Assembly: GCF_006345805.1 (NCBI RefSeq)
Contig: NC_042998.1
Location: 16,926,001-16,990,000 of the forward strand
DNA from: Octopus sinensis
Taxonomy: Eukaryota
Direction: 5' to 3'
DNA: 64,000 nt
The first letter of the stretch is position 1. Each line of letters starts with the position of its first letter. This document shows positions 52,322-63,787 of this stretch, piece by piece. Both the position numbers and the translations under genes were made by a program. The notes beneath the pieces were generated by a model that worked only from the letters and a program-made list of their open reading frames with translations, ran no database searches and was not told where the DNA came from.

Positions 52322-54059
52322 TATTTTTTGGTGGGAGTCGTTATTCTGGTGTGTTTGTTTTGAGTGCGTCATTGTGAAGAGGTTGTGAGTTCGAGTTCGT
52401 TGCTGGAGGACGTGGTGAATTTTATTTGGAGATTTTGAAAATGCAAGACCAGACGTATGCGAGAGCAGCAGGCAGAGGCCTGGTTGCCAGTGAACTAGAA
52501 ATGGAAGAAGTGGTAGTCGAGAAGAAGACTTTAGAAAAATATTTCGACAGTTTGAAGAGGGAGGGTGACTGCGTGAGAGTCACACCGTCCGAAGAAGAAG
52601 AAAACAACGCGGAGAAACGTATGATAACATACAGGACATGGCGTGTGGCGTCAAGAAAAATAGAAGTAGCAGAGACGGAAGAAATAGAGAAATGTCTTCA
52701 AGGAATTGAGGGTGAACCTACCTTTTTCAACAGAGGAAGAAAGTATGCCACAGTGGTGGTACACTTTAAAAATGAAAATGAAGCAAGAATGAATGCAACA
52801 AAAATTCTGAAATCTGAAAGGTGGACTTTATTACCTAGTTACTGCGGAAAGAGGGCAGTCAGAATAAGAATTAGTAGGATTTCGCCCGAACTTAACATGG
52901 AGAGGATATTAGCGGCAGTAGTTTTCAACTGCGAGGAAAGTGTGGAGGTGGTGAAGGTGGAAGAGTCAACAGAAGTTAAGTGTTGGGGATATGCGGTACA
53001 GGTTCTGGCACATATAACCGTGCCAGACCTATACAACATCCCGGAGGAGTTGGTCTTCCCTGATGAGACACGGCTTAAAGTCGTGGTAGAGGGATGACCT
53101 CCAGTTTCTTATAATTGCAAATTAAGAGGCCACATGAAGGATGTGTGCCCGCTGGAGAAAACGATAACACCGCAGGCTGTAACGAAGGAGTGGAAAGATA
53201 CCTGTGTGGAGGAGGGGGAAGTGCAGGAGGAAACGAAAGCAGTGGAGAGGCAAACGAAGGAGCAGCTAATTGAGGATGTGGAAGAAGAACGTGCAAGTGC
53301 AGAGGATGAAAGAACAGAATATAGGAAGAGAACAAGGGTGGAATCACCACCGAATGTTCTAAAAAAGAAAGAAATCAAAAGCAAGATAACAGAAGAAAAA
53401 GAAGAGAGAACGTGCAAAGAAAAGGACGAACAGACAAAGACAGAGGTAAACCTAGAATGGAGAAAAAAAGTGAGAGAACAGTTGGATGCTTGTAAAAAGG
53501 GAAAAAGACCTGTAGGAAAATACCTGAAAGTATTCGTGTTGTACGTGAAAGACACAGAAGTGGAAAAAAGACTTGCAGGTAGGAAAGGATTGATTAGGGT
53601 TAAATTACACCCAAAACTGCATGATGACGATGTGAAAGGGGTAGTTGTAGATAAAGGAACATTTACTGAATTGAAAAGTATGTTTGATCAGGTTTATTTA
53701 ACGTATTATGTATGTTATGACAATTTGCCAAATGTGATAGACCAGATGGAATTAACAAAGTACATTACGGACGAACGTCCAACAGAACTGGAATTTATGT
53801 AATTGTAAAATTGTAACATTGTAAATTGTAAAATGTAAAATTGTATTTTGAACTGGAATATATGTAATTGTAAAATTGTAAAATGTAAAATTGTATTTTA
53901 AACGGAATTGCGAGTTGGGGGGGTTCGTAAGCCGTTCCATCTAACTCATTACACATAATCCATCTTTATTTCATATTTTATTTTTTACTTTATGTACCCC
54001 ATGTCCCGTCTTGTAATGTCCCCTCTGCATTCGGGCCATCGTGCCCATAATAAAGATAT
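52322..54059 (+). mobile_element. ORF1-only (RT-less) L1/Tx1-like retroelement, unit 2
   Basis: Colinear, diverged paralogue of unit 1 (ATG-to-ATG period 1768 bp) with the same 3' end. Bounded by AATATCACCAGCCGACC (52305-52321) and AATATCACCAGCTGACC (54060-54076). Confidence 0.75.
52441..53802 (+). pseudogene. ORF1p-like CCHC zinc-knuckle protein, copy 2 (453 codons; single in-frame TGA at 53095-53097)
   Basis: Track ORFs 52426-53097 and 53134-53802 are in the same frame. The TGA aligns with AGA in copy 1. Knuckle SYNCKLRGHMKDVC at 53107-53148. Confidence 0.82.
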
Positions 54060-54088
54060 AATATCACCAGCTGACCGGTGTCTGCTAC

Positions 54089-54134
54089 TCTAGGCCGATG
54101 AAGGACAACGATCCTGAAACACGGTGTCCCTAGA
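54089..54134 (+). ncRNA. Minimal type I hammerhead-like ribozyme (U4C core variant, GUC triplet, predicted cut after 54128)
   Basis: TCTAGG-CCGATGA-AGGA(CAACGA)TCCT-GAAA-CACGGTG-TC^CCTAGA: 6-bp stem I, 4-bp stem II, near-palindromic ACAC-G-GTGT stem III. Confidence 0.72.
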
Positions 54135-54411
54135 TGCAGTTCCGGCAGCCGGGGGTGTTTGTCTCCCCTTCGTATATGTATACAAGGACACAGGGAAAAA
54201 ATGTGTCAAAGCTATCAGTAGGCGTTCGATGCTTCCTAGGGCTATACAGCGGTGGTGTACCCCCTACTGTCACGTTCTTGTTAGATTGACAGTATACACC
54301 CATTCTATCGCCCCACCACCATACATGTCTCTACGAGAGATTTAGAAATTCAATATTTCTTATTATATATATATATATATATATGTATATATGTTCATAC
54401 ACATATATATA

Positions 54412-54527
<116 letters not shown>

Positions 54528-54618
54528 ATCAATATAGCGTAGCAAAAAATTCAATAGAAATTTTTCGCCACCAGCGATCCAGTGAGAAAGAGTAAATAGT
54601 CGCAGACTATATATATAT

Positions 54619-54833
54619 AAATTCAACAATATAAGGAATGACCCTGGTAGGCCATTCGTCTCATTAGAAAGAGCAGCCATACTCAAACCGCTAAATAGTA
54701 GTAATTCAGAAATTAAAGGTAAATCTTTTTGATTTACCTTTAATTTCTGAATTACTACTATTTAGCGGTTTGAGTATGGCTGCTCTTTCTAGTGAGACGA
54801 ATGGCCTACCAGGGTTATTCCTTTATATTGTTG

Positions 54834-54837
<4 letters not shown>
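54619..54837. repeat. Foldback palindrome, ~107-bp arms, 5-nt T loop
   Basis: 54619-54725 versus 54731-54837: 2 substitutions and 1 indel. Flanked by (TA)n. Confidence 0.95.
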
Positions 54838-54886
<49 letters not shown>

Positions 54887-55269
54887 CACACATACATATA
54901 ATTATACGTACATATCCATATATGTGTGAGTGCGTGTGTGTGTATTTGAATGAAGCGTTAAGGGGTATTTGTGCGCTGCAATATCAATTTCAGTATGTTT
55001 TACACTAGCATTAAAAATTTTCGAGATCCTATTGCACTTGTGAGAAAAGCAATGCTTCTGAAGAGAAGAAATTATATGTACATTCTTTAATTTCAATACC
55101 GTCAAATCCGATTACGGGTATGATATGTGCATCAATTCATAAATGCATACATCCATACACACACTTATGTGGTAGTATACATTATACATATATACGTTTA
55201 CATACGTATGCATGTATGTATATAGATATATGCCTATATACATAGGTAGAGAGAAAGATAGGTAGATAT

Positions 55270-55323
<54 letters not shown>

Positions 55324-55369
55324 GCACACAGGCTTGTACATCATGTACCAGCGTACAAAAAGTCACACG

Positions 55370-55400
<31 letters not shown>

Positions 55401-55483
55401 CTGATATAGGATAAAAATTTTCGAAAAAATGTTTATCAATGGCCAACATATTAAAAAATACCTTTAATGGTCAAATTTCATAA

Positions 55484-55691
55484 ACAACTTATAAACAAGG
55501 GCAAAAAAATTTCTAATGCCAAATATGCTGAAATGTAGACTTATTCGTCAATAACCATATCATTTATCACTATAGGCACGTATCTCGAAAGACACGTGCC
55601 TATAGTGATAAATTATAAGGTTATTGACGAATAAATCTACATTTCAGCATATTTGGCATTAGAACTTTTTCTTTTGCCCTTCTTTATAAGT

Positions 55692-55694
<3 letters not shown>
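55484..55694. repeat. Foldback palindrome, ~100-bp arms, 12-nt spacer
   Basis: 55484-55581 versus 55594-55694: several substitutions and a 3-nt indel. Confidence 0.93.
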
Positions 55695-55773
<79 letters not shown>

Positions 55774-57112
55774 ACAATAAAAGAGAGATTGTACGTGTGA
55801 GCGTGTGTTCCTTATACATTCCCACACCGAGTTGCCGATTTTGATGTATGTGGTATCATATGATTCAGTACTATTTCCGCTACCAACTAAACTTTATTTT
55901 CATTGACATATTTCCATTACAACAATTTAAAATTATAATCTTTCCAGAACTCAACTATCTTAAGTATTTTATACGACGTCTACGACAATGACGTCACATT
56001 TTCTATATGAGCATGTACCTTAAAAGACACCCATCATTTCGACAAACACCTTCACTCGCTCATTCTATTTCTCCTTCTCTGTGTTTCTCTCTCTCTCGCA
56101 CACACACACACACACAGACGTTCATTTCATATACACGTACATACATGGTATTTTTACGGAATGACCGAGTGAAACGCAGAAAGAGGAAAAGACAGAGAGA
56201 CAAGAGAAAAAAAGAGAGACAGAAAACAAGTTTCTATAGAAGTTGAAATACGGATAGTGGCTGAGAGACAGAGGCTGGTGCTTCATGCCCTATGTATGTT
56301 CTATAGTTGAAATTGAAAGAAAGCCAGCACGAAATGGATACTGTATAGGTAAAGGTGAAAGAAAGCCGCACAAATAGAGTGACACAGCGGGAGGGAGGGG
56401 AACCCTGAGAACCCCAGAAATGAGGTCGTATCGTACAATTTTAAGGTCATTATCACTTTCCTCCCATGTTGCACGCATGCATAGAAGTAGTCATTATCTT
56501 TCTCTTTCAATTTGTCATTTTAATGTACGGAGACCATCTGATGTTAACACATTACAACTTCACTATAATTCCTTCTTTTGGAATTAAGAAAGGTATCCAA
56601 AAATAACTTCCTTTGGCACACACACATACATATACACACACACATACACACACACATACAAACACGCACGCCTACACACACACACACACACACACACGCA
56701 CGCACGCACGCACGCACAGTGAATTAAAGTTCTGTATGAATTATGTTACTTTTTGCAGCACCATTATCCTTCTAAAAGCTAGGTTCATCAAAACACTGGT
56801 TTTGGGATTAAACTTTTGAAACATGTCCTAACAAATTTTACCAAATATATACAATTTATACCGAAATCCACGACGAAACACATCGTCTTGTTTTTGTATC
56901 GCTACCAGGGATGTCGGAAGAAATTTAAGTTAAAACCTTGTACGCTCTTGTAGAAGCTCAGGGAATTGAAAATGACATATCAGAGGTGTGAACTGGCATG
57001 TTGAAATGCATGTTTACGAGTTTCTGGTTAAATTGCGGTACGATTCTGGTTAAATTGCGGTACGTTTCTGTTTTGCCATTTCTGCCAACAAAATTCAGCA
57101 ACTGGGACTTAC

Positions 57113-57298
57113 TCTTTTACTTGTTTCAGTCATTTGACTGCGGCCATGCTGGAGCACCGCCTTTAGTCGAGCAAATCGACCCCGGAACTTATTCTTTGTA
57201 AGCCCAGTACTTGTTCTATCGGTCCCTTTTGCCGAACCGCTAAGTAACGGGGACATAAACACACCAGCATCGGTTGTCAGGCAATGCTAGGGGGACAA

Positions 57299-57333
<35 letters not shown>

Positions 57334-57506
57334 CATATATACGACAGGCTTCTTTCAGTTTCCGTCTACCAAATCCACTCACAAGGCATTGGTCGGCCCG
57401 GGGCTATAGCAGAAGACACTTGCCCAAGATGCCACGCAGTGGGACTGAACCCGGAACCATGTGGTTGGTTAGCAAGCTACTTACCACACAGCCACTCCTG
57501 CGCCTA
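57113..57506 (-). mobile_element. SINE family A, full length
   Basis: Reverse complement of the 22728 and 31130 copies. Confidence 0.92.
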
Positions 57507-57539
57507 TGTAAATCTTATAAATCTTTTTAATAGACTTTA

Positions 57540-58262
57540 CTTTCTTTTGCCGAAAAGTGAACGCTTTGGCCTTTTTGCCTGTTGCTGTTGTACCAATAGG
57601 ACTGCAATGCTTGAAACAAAGTGCACGTGTAAATGTATTGCCGTTTATTGAAAAGATAGCATATACTTTTGTAAATGGAATGCTAAGACAAAATGGAAGA
57701 CGGTCAAAGCCAAAATTTTCAATACTTGAATGGAATTGTTACGAGTTCACGCTTGATGGTAAAGCACGTACAATGAATTCTATTGAAGGACGGCATAGAA
57801 GATTTAGTGTTTTAAGATCGAATTCAAATATATATAATGTTGTTGATGTTCTAAGACGTGAAGAACAAATCATCAAACAAGATTATCTCATCTTACCGTA
57901 GGAGCAAGCCCCAAGACGAAAAGTACTAAAGAAGCAAGAAGAGAGAAAATGATACTACAAGCTGTTGCCAATTAGCAGAATCGATCAATGGAAGATTACC
58001 TTCGTAGTATTGTGCATAATCAGGGTTCTTTTTAAATTTCAATTTCATTTTATTTTTATTCTAATAAATGCATAATCTAATTCAAGCTTATATATTACCC
58101 ATATTTGTAATTTATTTATAAATTGATATAATCAAACAAGTCTCGCTATAACTAACCTAAGTATCATTTTACCAAGATGTATTTAGACGAAATTGCTTTA
58201 AGGCCAAAATGTCTAAGACTAAAGTGGTTTAGACCGAAGTGTTTTATACCAAAGTGCCGCAT
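57540..58262 (+). mobile_element. MULE (Mutator-like) transposase C-terminal remnant with a TIR-like end
   Basis: NALAFLP..YTFVNG..PKFSILEWNCYE..ARTMNSIEGRHRRF (the RTNNxxEGWH motif), ..EDYLRSIVHN. Reiterated AG(A/G)CC(A/G)AA(A/G)TG-type motifs at about 58185-58255. Confidence 0.7.
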
Positions 58263-58284
58263 GCACACACACCCACACACACAC

Positions 58285-58352
<68 letters not shown>

Positions 58353-58402
58353 TATATAATAATATATATACATAATATATATATACATATATTTATACAT
58401 AC

Positions 58403-58438
<36 letters not shown>

Positions 58439-59234
58439 ATACATATATATATACATAATATTTATAATTCTGTCCAACTGTATACAAGCACATGTGTGTG
58501 CATGCATGTACATACTTATAAATTTATGAACATATGCCCCTAATTGTATTTGGCAGTTCTCAAATTGAAAAAGGCACCTATTTCCTATTTTCGGGAAAAC
58601 TATAATTCTCACAAACGCAATAGGCTCACTGCATTTATTATGCAAGTGTAAAAGATATTCAAATTCACATTCCATCTCACACATACGTTTAACACTTCAT
58701 GTATTGTCTTCAAATAGTTTAAAGTTCGTAATATTGCTCTTTTTTTACCCGAATATATGTTTTTTAATTTTTAGAAACAATGGTTTTCTTATACCAAGGT
58801 ACGTATTATTCTATTAGAGCTCATCACACCTGGCAATTATGTTTTCGCACCTCATAAACCCCCAATAATTTTCCTAAAATGCAGTTAATCTTACCAAAAA
58901 ATTTTACAGCGAAACACATATTTCATCTACGTAAACAAGCTGAAAAATAAACTAATTAAGCCCCATTATGTATTTTCTATTTTCTCTACCTGTCAGCAAT
59001 TCTCATCATTTTTGCTACTTTTCTTCATGTAATGCATTTTCTCCTGTCGTTTTTATTATCCTCAATATAATGGTTGAAGGGCTTCTTTCTTATACTGTAA
59101 GGCTCATATGCTGATATGATTCTTTCACACCAAACTGAAGTAGATGCTGCTCAAACTTTCAAAGTAACTTTCCAGTTATTGAAATTAAAATTACTGTTTG
59201 TTTGTTTTTGCATGCGTATGTGTGTGTGTGTGTG

Positions 59235-59480
59235 TGTGATAAAAAGTTTGCTGCCTAACCATATGGTTCTGGGTTCATTCCCATTGTGTGATATTTGGGC
59301 AAAAGTCTTCTACAATAGCCGCTGGCCGACCAAAGCCTTAGAAATCCGAAACTAAAAGAAGTCCGTCGTAAATATTTATATATAATTACATGTGTGTGTC
59401 TCTTTGCGTGCGTAGGTCTGTAATTGTTCCCCGACACTGCTTGATACCCGATGTTGGTGTGTTTCCATCCTCGTAAGTTA
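59235..59480 (+). mobile_element. Degenerate SINE family A copy
   Basis: AACCATATGGTTCTGGGTTCATTCCCA..TTGGGCAA..GGCCGACCAAAGCCTT..GAAACTAAAAGAAG..CCGATGTTGGTGTGTTT. Confidence 0.75.
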
Positions 59481-61720
59481 GTTCTGCGCTGACCACATGG
59501 TAAAAATAATTAATAATTTTACCCTTTATTATTATTATGACTAGTTCCTATTATACAGGTAAACTGTTACTTAATCTAAATGTAAATCCTGTGTATATGT
59601 AGATCTATGTTGTATCGAAACATATGTCGTGGTCAAGAGAGAGAGAGAGAGAGAGTTTCTATGTTTTATCTCCCATTTGTTATATGTGTGTGCATACGTG
59701 CATGTGTCTGCTCGCGCACCCCAAAATATCCGGTGTTTTCCACACAAAATATTTAGGATTTAAACTCTAACATAATGAAATCGTGTGTTTAAATTATGAA
59801 CACTTATGTCAATGAAACGCGGAGCACTTACTGAACTATTTAAATTTGCTTTAGTTGTTTATTTATTCAATGTAAAGTAATTTATTCATGTTTCTGTTCT
59901 TTATATCTGGTGTTTCGATACGGAACGTTGTAGCTAAAATCAGTGGTATCTATAAGTTCTATTGATAATCTGTAAAGATAATCATAATAAAATAATGTAA
60001 GAGCACTGCCAACCAATAGAAAATGGTACTGACTTATGAAATTAATTATAGTTCTGTAAACCCAAAGTTCATTTAAGTTATTTTTCACTATTTCACCTTA
60101 AACCCTGAATCAAATCCAAAATTGAACTCTTAGACTCTTACTAACAACTCCTATGCTTTAACTATAACCATAAAACTTAATATAAGCCAAATTATTATTC
60201 TAAAATCGTTATCCCCTTTCGAAAATCTGATAATTCTAGAAAGTATTATAAATATGGAATCATTACACAATTAAGGTACGATGTGACGGAGAAATTGAAA
60301 TAAATGTAATTGGGCTAAACCCGTAAGTAGAACGAATGTATATGCTTATCTTCCATGTTGATTGCCAGTGCCCGTAGAAATGACCAGCCGTCATCGTTGG
60401 ACTCTGCAGAATCGAACAGCGCCTGACATCTCATCGTACACTGTAATACTCTTTCATCAATTATTTGCATCATCTCTAGGATTTCATATTCGTCTCCGTC
60501 AAACCTATTTAAGAGAAGAGTATTTTAATGCTCGTCTATTGAACCGAGATATTCAATAAAAATTCGGAAATATAAATTTGCTAAGGGTACTTAGACCAAA
60601 ATTGTGCCAAATAATGCTTGGGACGCAGATGTATGAAATAATGCCTGTTGTAAATACTCTCTGATCTCCGAGCTACACATCTTGAATAACGTTACCTAGT
60701 GATACTTCGAATGAACCAAATTTTTGGCATCTTATATTCACGATCATATTCTTCCATACAGTACCCTACACCACAACACTAACTGTGGATAAGAAAGAGA
60801 ACCTAATTGAAAATAGCAACTTTGCCTTTTTTATTATATTTTCTTTTCTAATGATTGAATACTGAAGCTAACGCATTACTGAGCCAGCCTGTGCAGCTTT
60901 ATCATTAATGATATATAAGACGGTGCCTATTGATGTTTATGGATTATCACAGAAGTTTCCATCGCTATATCTCTAGCTAATATAAAAAGGTAATTCTGAA
61001 CAAATGAAAATACAAAACACACAATTAAAATAATAATAAAGTGCGATGCATTTTATCATACATGTCATTAGGTGCATTTGAAGTAAAGCTAATATCTATA
61101 AGTTTAACTTTTATATTAATACACAGAATAAAAGATGATGTCTTTATAGAGTTACTTTTCTTTTCATCATTTCATGTTACCTAAAGTTTTATAATTATCA
61201 TTAGTGTTGTACATATAAACGAATAAAAGAATACATAAAGACAAATGAATGACAAATACATTGATACACATAAACATAGGCACGATTGTACATACAAATA
61301 TAACATGCATGCATTCACATATGCATTCATAAATATATATGTAAGCGTATGATTCTTTGTGATTACCTTCTATCTATATCCTCCAGTCCTTAGCTACTTC
61401 AAACGGTAATACTCAGTACAGTAATAATGATTTCTTTTGATATTTGGTTTTCTGATGAAGTATTTCGTTTGAAAAATAAGAAAAGATATCCCACGACAAT
61501 ACCCCAACAGATGAAATATTGCAATATACTGACATTGAAAATATTGGTAAATGCTACGTGGAAATTTAAACACAGTAGATATTTAGAATTAATTATGGAT
61601 ATATACATATATATATATAACCGAAGAGAGATAACCGAAGAGATGTCGTGGATTCCCACTTCGGCATCTGAAACTCAGAGTTTTATCTTGACTATCGAGT
61701 AATGTAACATATTATTGTAT

Positions 61721-61754
<34 letters not shown>

Positions 61755-62515
61755 CATATTTTGCTTATGTTGTGCATAATTACTTACATTCGAATCGAAT
61801 ATGGATGAAAATTTTAAGATTTCGACAAATTACATTTTCTAACACTTTCAAACACATACACACACTGATACATACAAATAAACACACACACACACACACA
61901 TACGTTCACACGCAGAAGTATATATTATCTCACGCTCACACGCGCGCACACAATCACGCACACACATACGTAAATTCATACATAAATACATATATATATA
62001 TATATGTGTGTGTGCGTGCGCGCGCAGTATGTTTATGTGAGGGGTGGTGGCTTAAATCTTTGATTAGGGAACAGAAGTTATCTCTTTCTTACGTTCCCTT
62101 GTCATTACTCCCTGGCGCACATTTCTTCGCCTAACGTTTTATTCTAATGCATATATGTACTTACTTCTAAGAGGTGATAAGTATCGGTATTCTTCTGCTA
62201 TATATATGTGTGTGTGTATACATGTAAAGAGAAATAGAGAGAGAGAGGGAGAAAAGTGAGAAGGAGAGAGAAGGCGAGAGAGGGAGATAAGTGAACTTTA
62301 AGTCAGTTAAAATATGATTGTAACCTATTTTAACTGCAGTCATCACAGAGAAAATTTCTCTCGTATGGTATAAATGTGTTGGAACAACTTAAGTCACCAG
62401 TGCTATACGCTGTCGGATTTATAAATGGAAAATACTGAAGAGAGGCAACTCTGGACAGACTTAATTACAGATAGAGAGTTACATGCATACATACATACAT
62501 ATATACATACATACA

Positions 62516-62780
62516 TCTTTATATATAAAAGTCAAGTTGAGTGTCTGTCTCTTACGATTTTGCGGTGCAGTTTAACCAAAAGCGGGTATCTTATAGTCGT
62601 GATTCATATCGAGCCCTTCTGAGCGCATCTACGATGATTCTACGATTGAAAAAAAAATTACCATAATTTTTCCCATTTTTAATGCATTTTTTGGCTATTA
62701 TATAAGGGAAGTAACTCTCTAAAAATGCTTATATAGTTATTTCCCTTACAAACCCGAGCAACGCCGGGAGATACTGCTAG
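62516..62780 (+). mobile_element. Short non-autonomous Helitron-type element
   Basis: 5' TCTTTATATATAAAAG; 3' CCCGAGCAACGCCGGGAGATACTGCTAG (subterminal hairpin plus CTAG). Confidence 0.8.
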
Positions 62781-63787
62781 ATTATATATAAAATTAAAGT
62801 CGTGGCACATGAAATTGAAGAACGCCACAAGTGAGAATTAGAAATTGTGTCACAAATCAACATGATTTGTGCCATACTTTACAAGGAAGCATGGTTGAAG
62901 GGAACTTCACTGGCGTTTTGTAATCTACAAATCGAATGGTTGCGAAATTGGCGTTATATCAAAATAAATACAAAATTATGGATTATATGGTGTTGAAGCA
63001 AGGTTTGATTAAGTGATTTTTATTTATAACATCATACACGCAGTTACGTAAGATGCGTGACGTCTATGAGAGTATGTAATGCATTGCATTTCGGTTCTCA
63101 CATCCTAAAATGACACCATAACGCAAGCCAATTGTCGATACGCCGTTAGAGTTACAAGTCCAAAAACATATGAATATCCAAAGCAATGAATACAAATGGT
63201 AAAATATGGAAGTGAGCAAGAGTATAATTGTTCAATCAGAATTTTAGGTAATTCAATTAGTGTGTCAGTGAAATTGGCAACAAAAATTGTGAGTGAGACG
63301 TTAGACAAGTTGTGAGTGACCAAATGTAATTGAGTAGAGCAAAGATCATATGAACAGATGAAAGTCCAATGGCATATCTTAACAGTGTTTTTCAACCTAA
63401 CGACTTCACATGAAACGAGAGACTAATAAGGAGAATCCATTTTCAACAAATATTGGCGCCACATAACTAACCTGATTCCGTCAATGCTTTGAATTAAGCA
63501 TTTGCATATCTACATGAAAGGATATGTGCTACATATTTTCTATTCTTCAAGCTATTTGTGCGTATTTCTCACCTATTGCAATCGTGGCTTTCAATACATA
63601 AACATATCGTTTTCATCCGTACCAACCAGTTATCAAGTTCACAAAGAATAAATATTATATACTAGCAAATAATAAATTAAGGAAGACAATAAGCCAACAC
63701 GTAAGCTGTAGCACACACACACACACACACGTATATGTATATATATATATATATATATATACTTTATAATTAGAGTTCAGCAACGAT

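Larger units (their letters stand above)
50255..54364 (+). mobile_element. Hammerhead-bearing non-coding element (Penelope pLTR/retrozyme-like; ~365-bp monomer plus 168-bp inverted copy) interrupted by a 3.55-kb insertion
   Basis: 50255-50422 is the reverse complement of 50451-50522 joined to 54070-54165 (6 mismatches in 168 bp by hand count). A 30-bp direct repeat GAGAGATTTAGAAATTCAATATTTCTTATT lies at 50423 and 54335. (TA)n on both flanks. Confidence 0.8.

Noticed and set aside
50255-54165. DNA transposon or DIRS-like element with 106-bp terminal inverted repeats (50255-50360 / 54060-54165) enclosing two ORFs
   Set aside because: No DDE transposase, tyrosine recombinase or RT motif. The inversion continues inward to 50422/50451, and host homology extends asymmetrically to 54364. 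The junction repeats fit insertion into a pre-existing foldback better.
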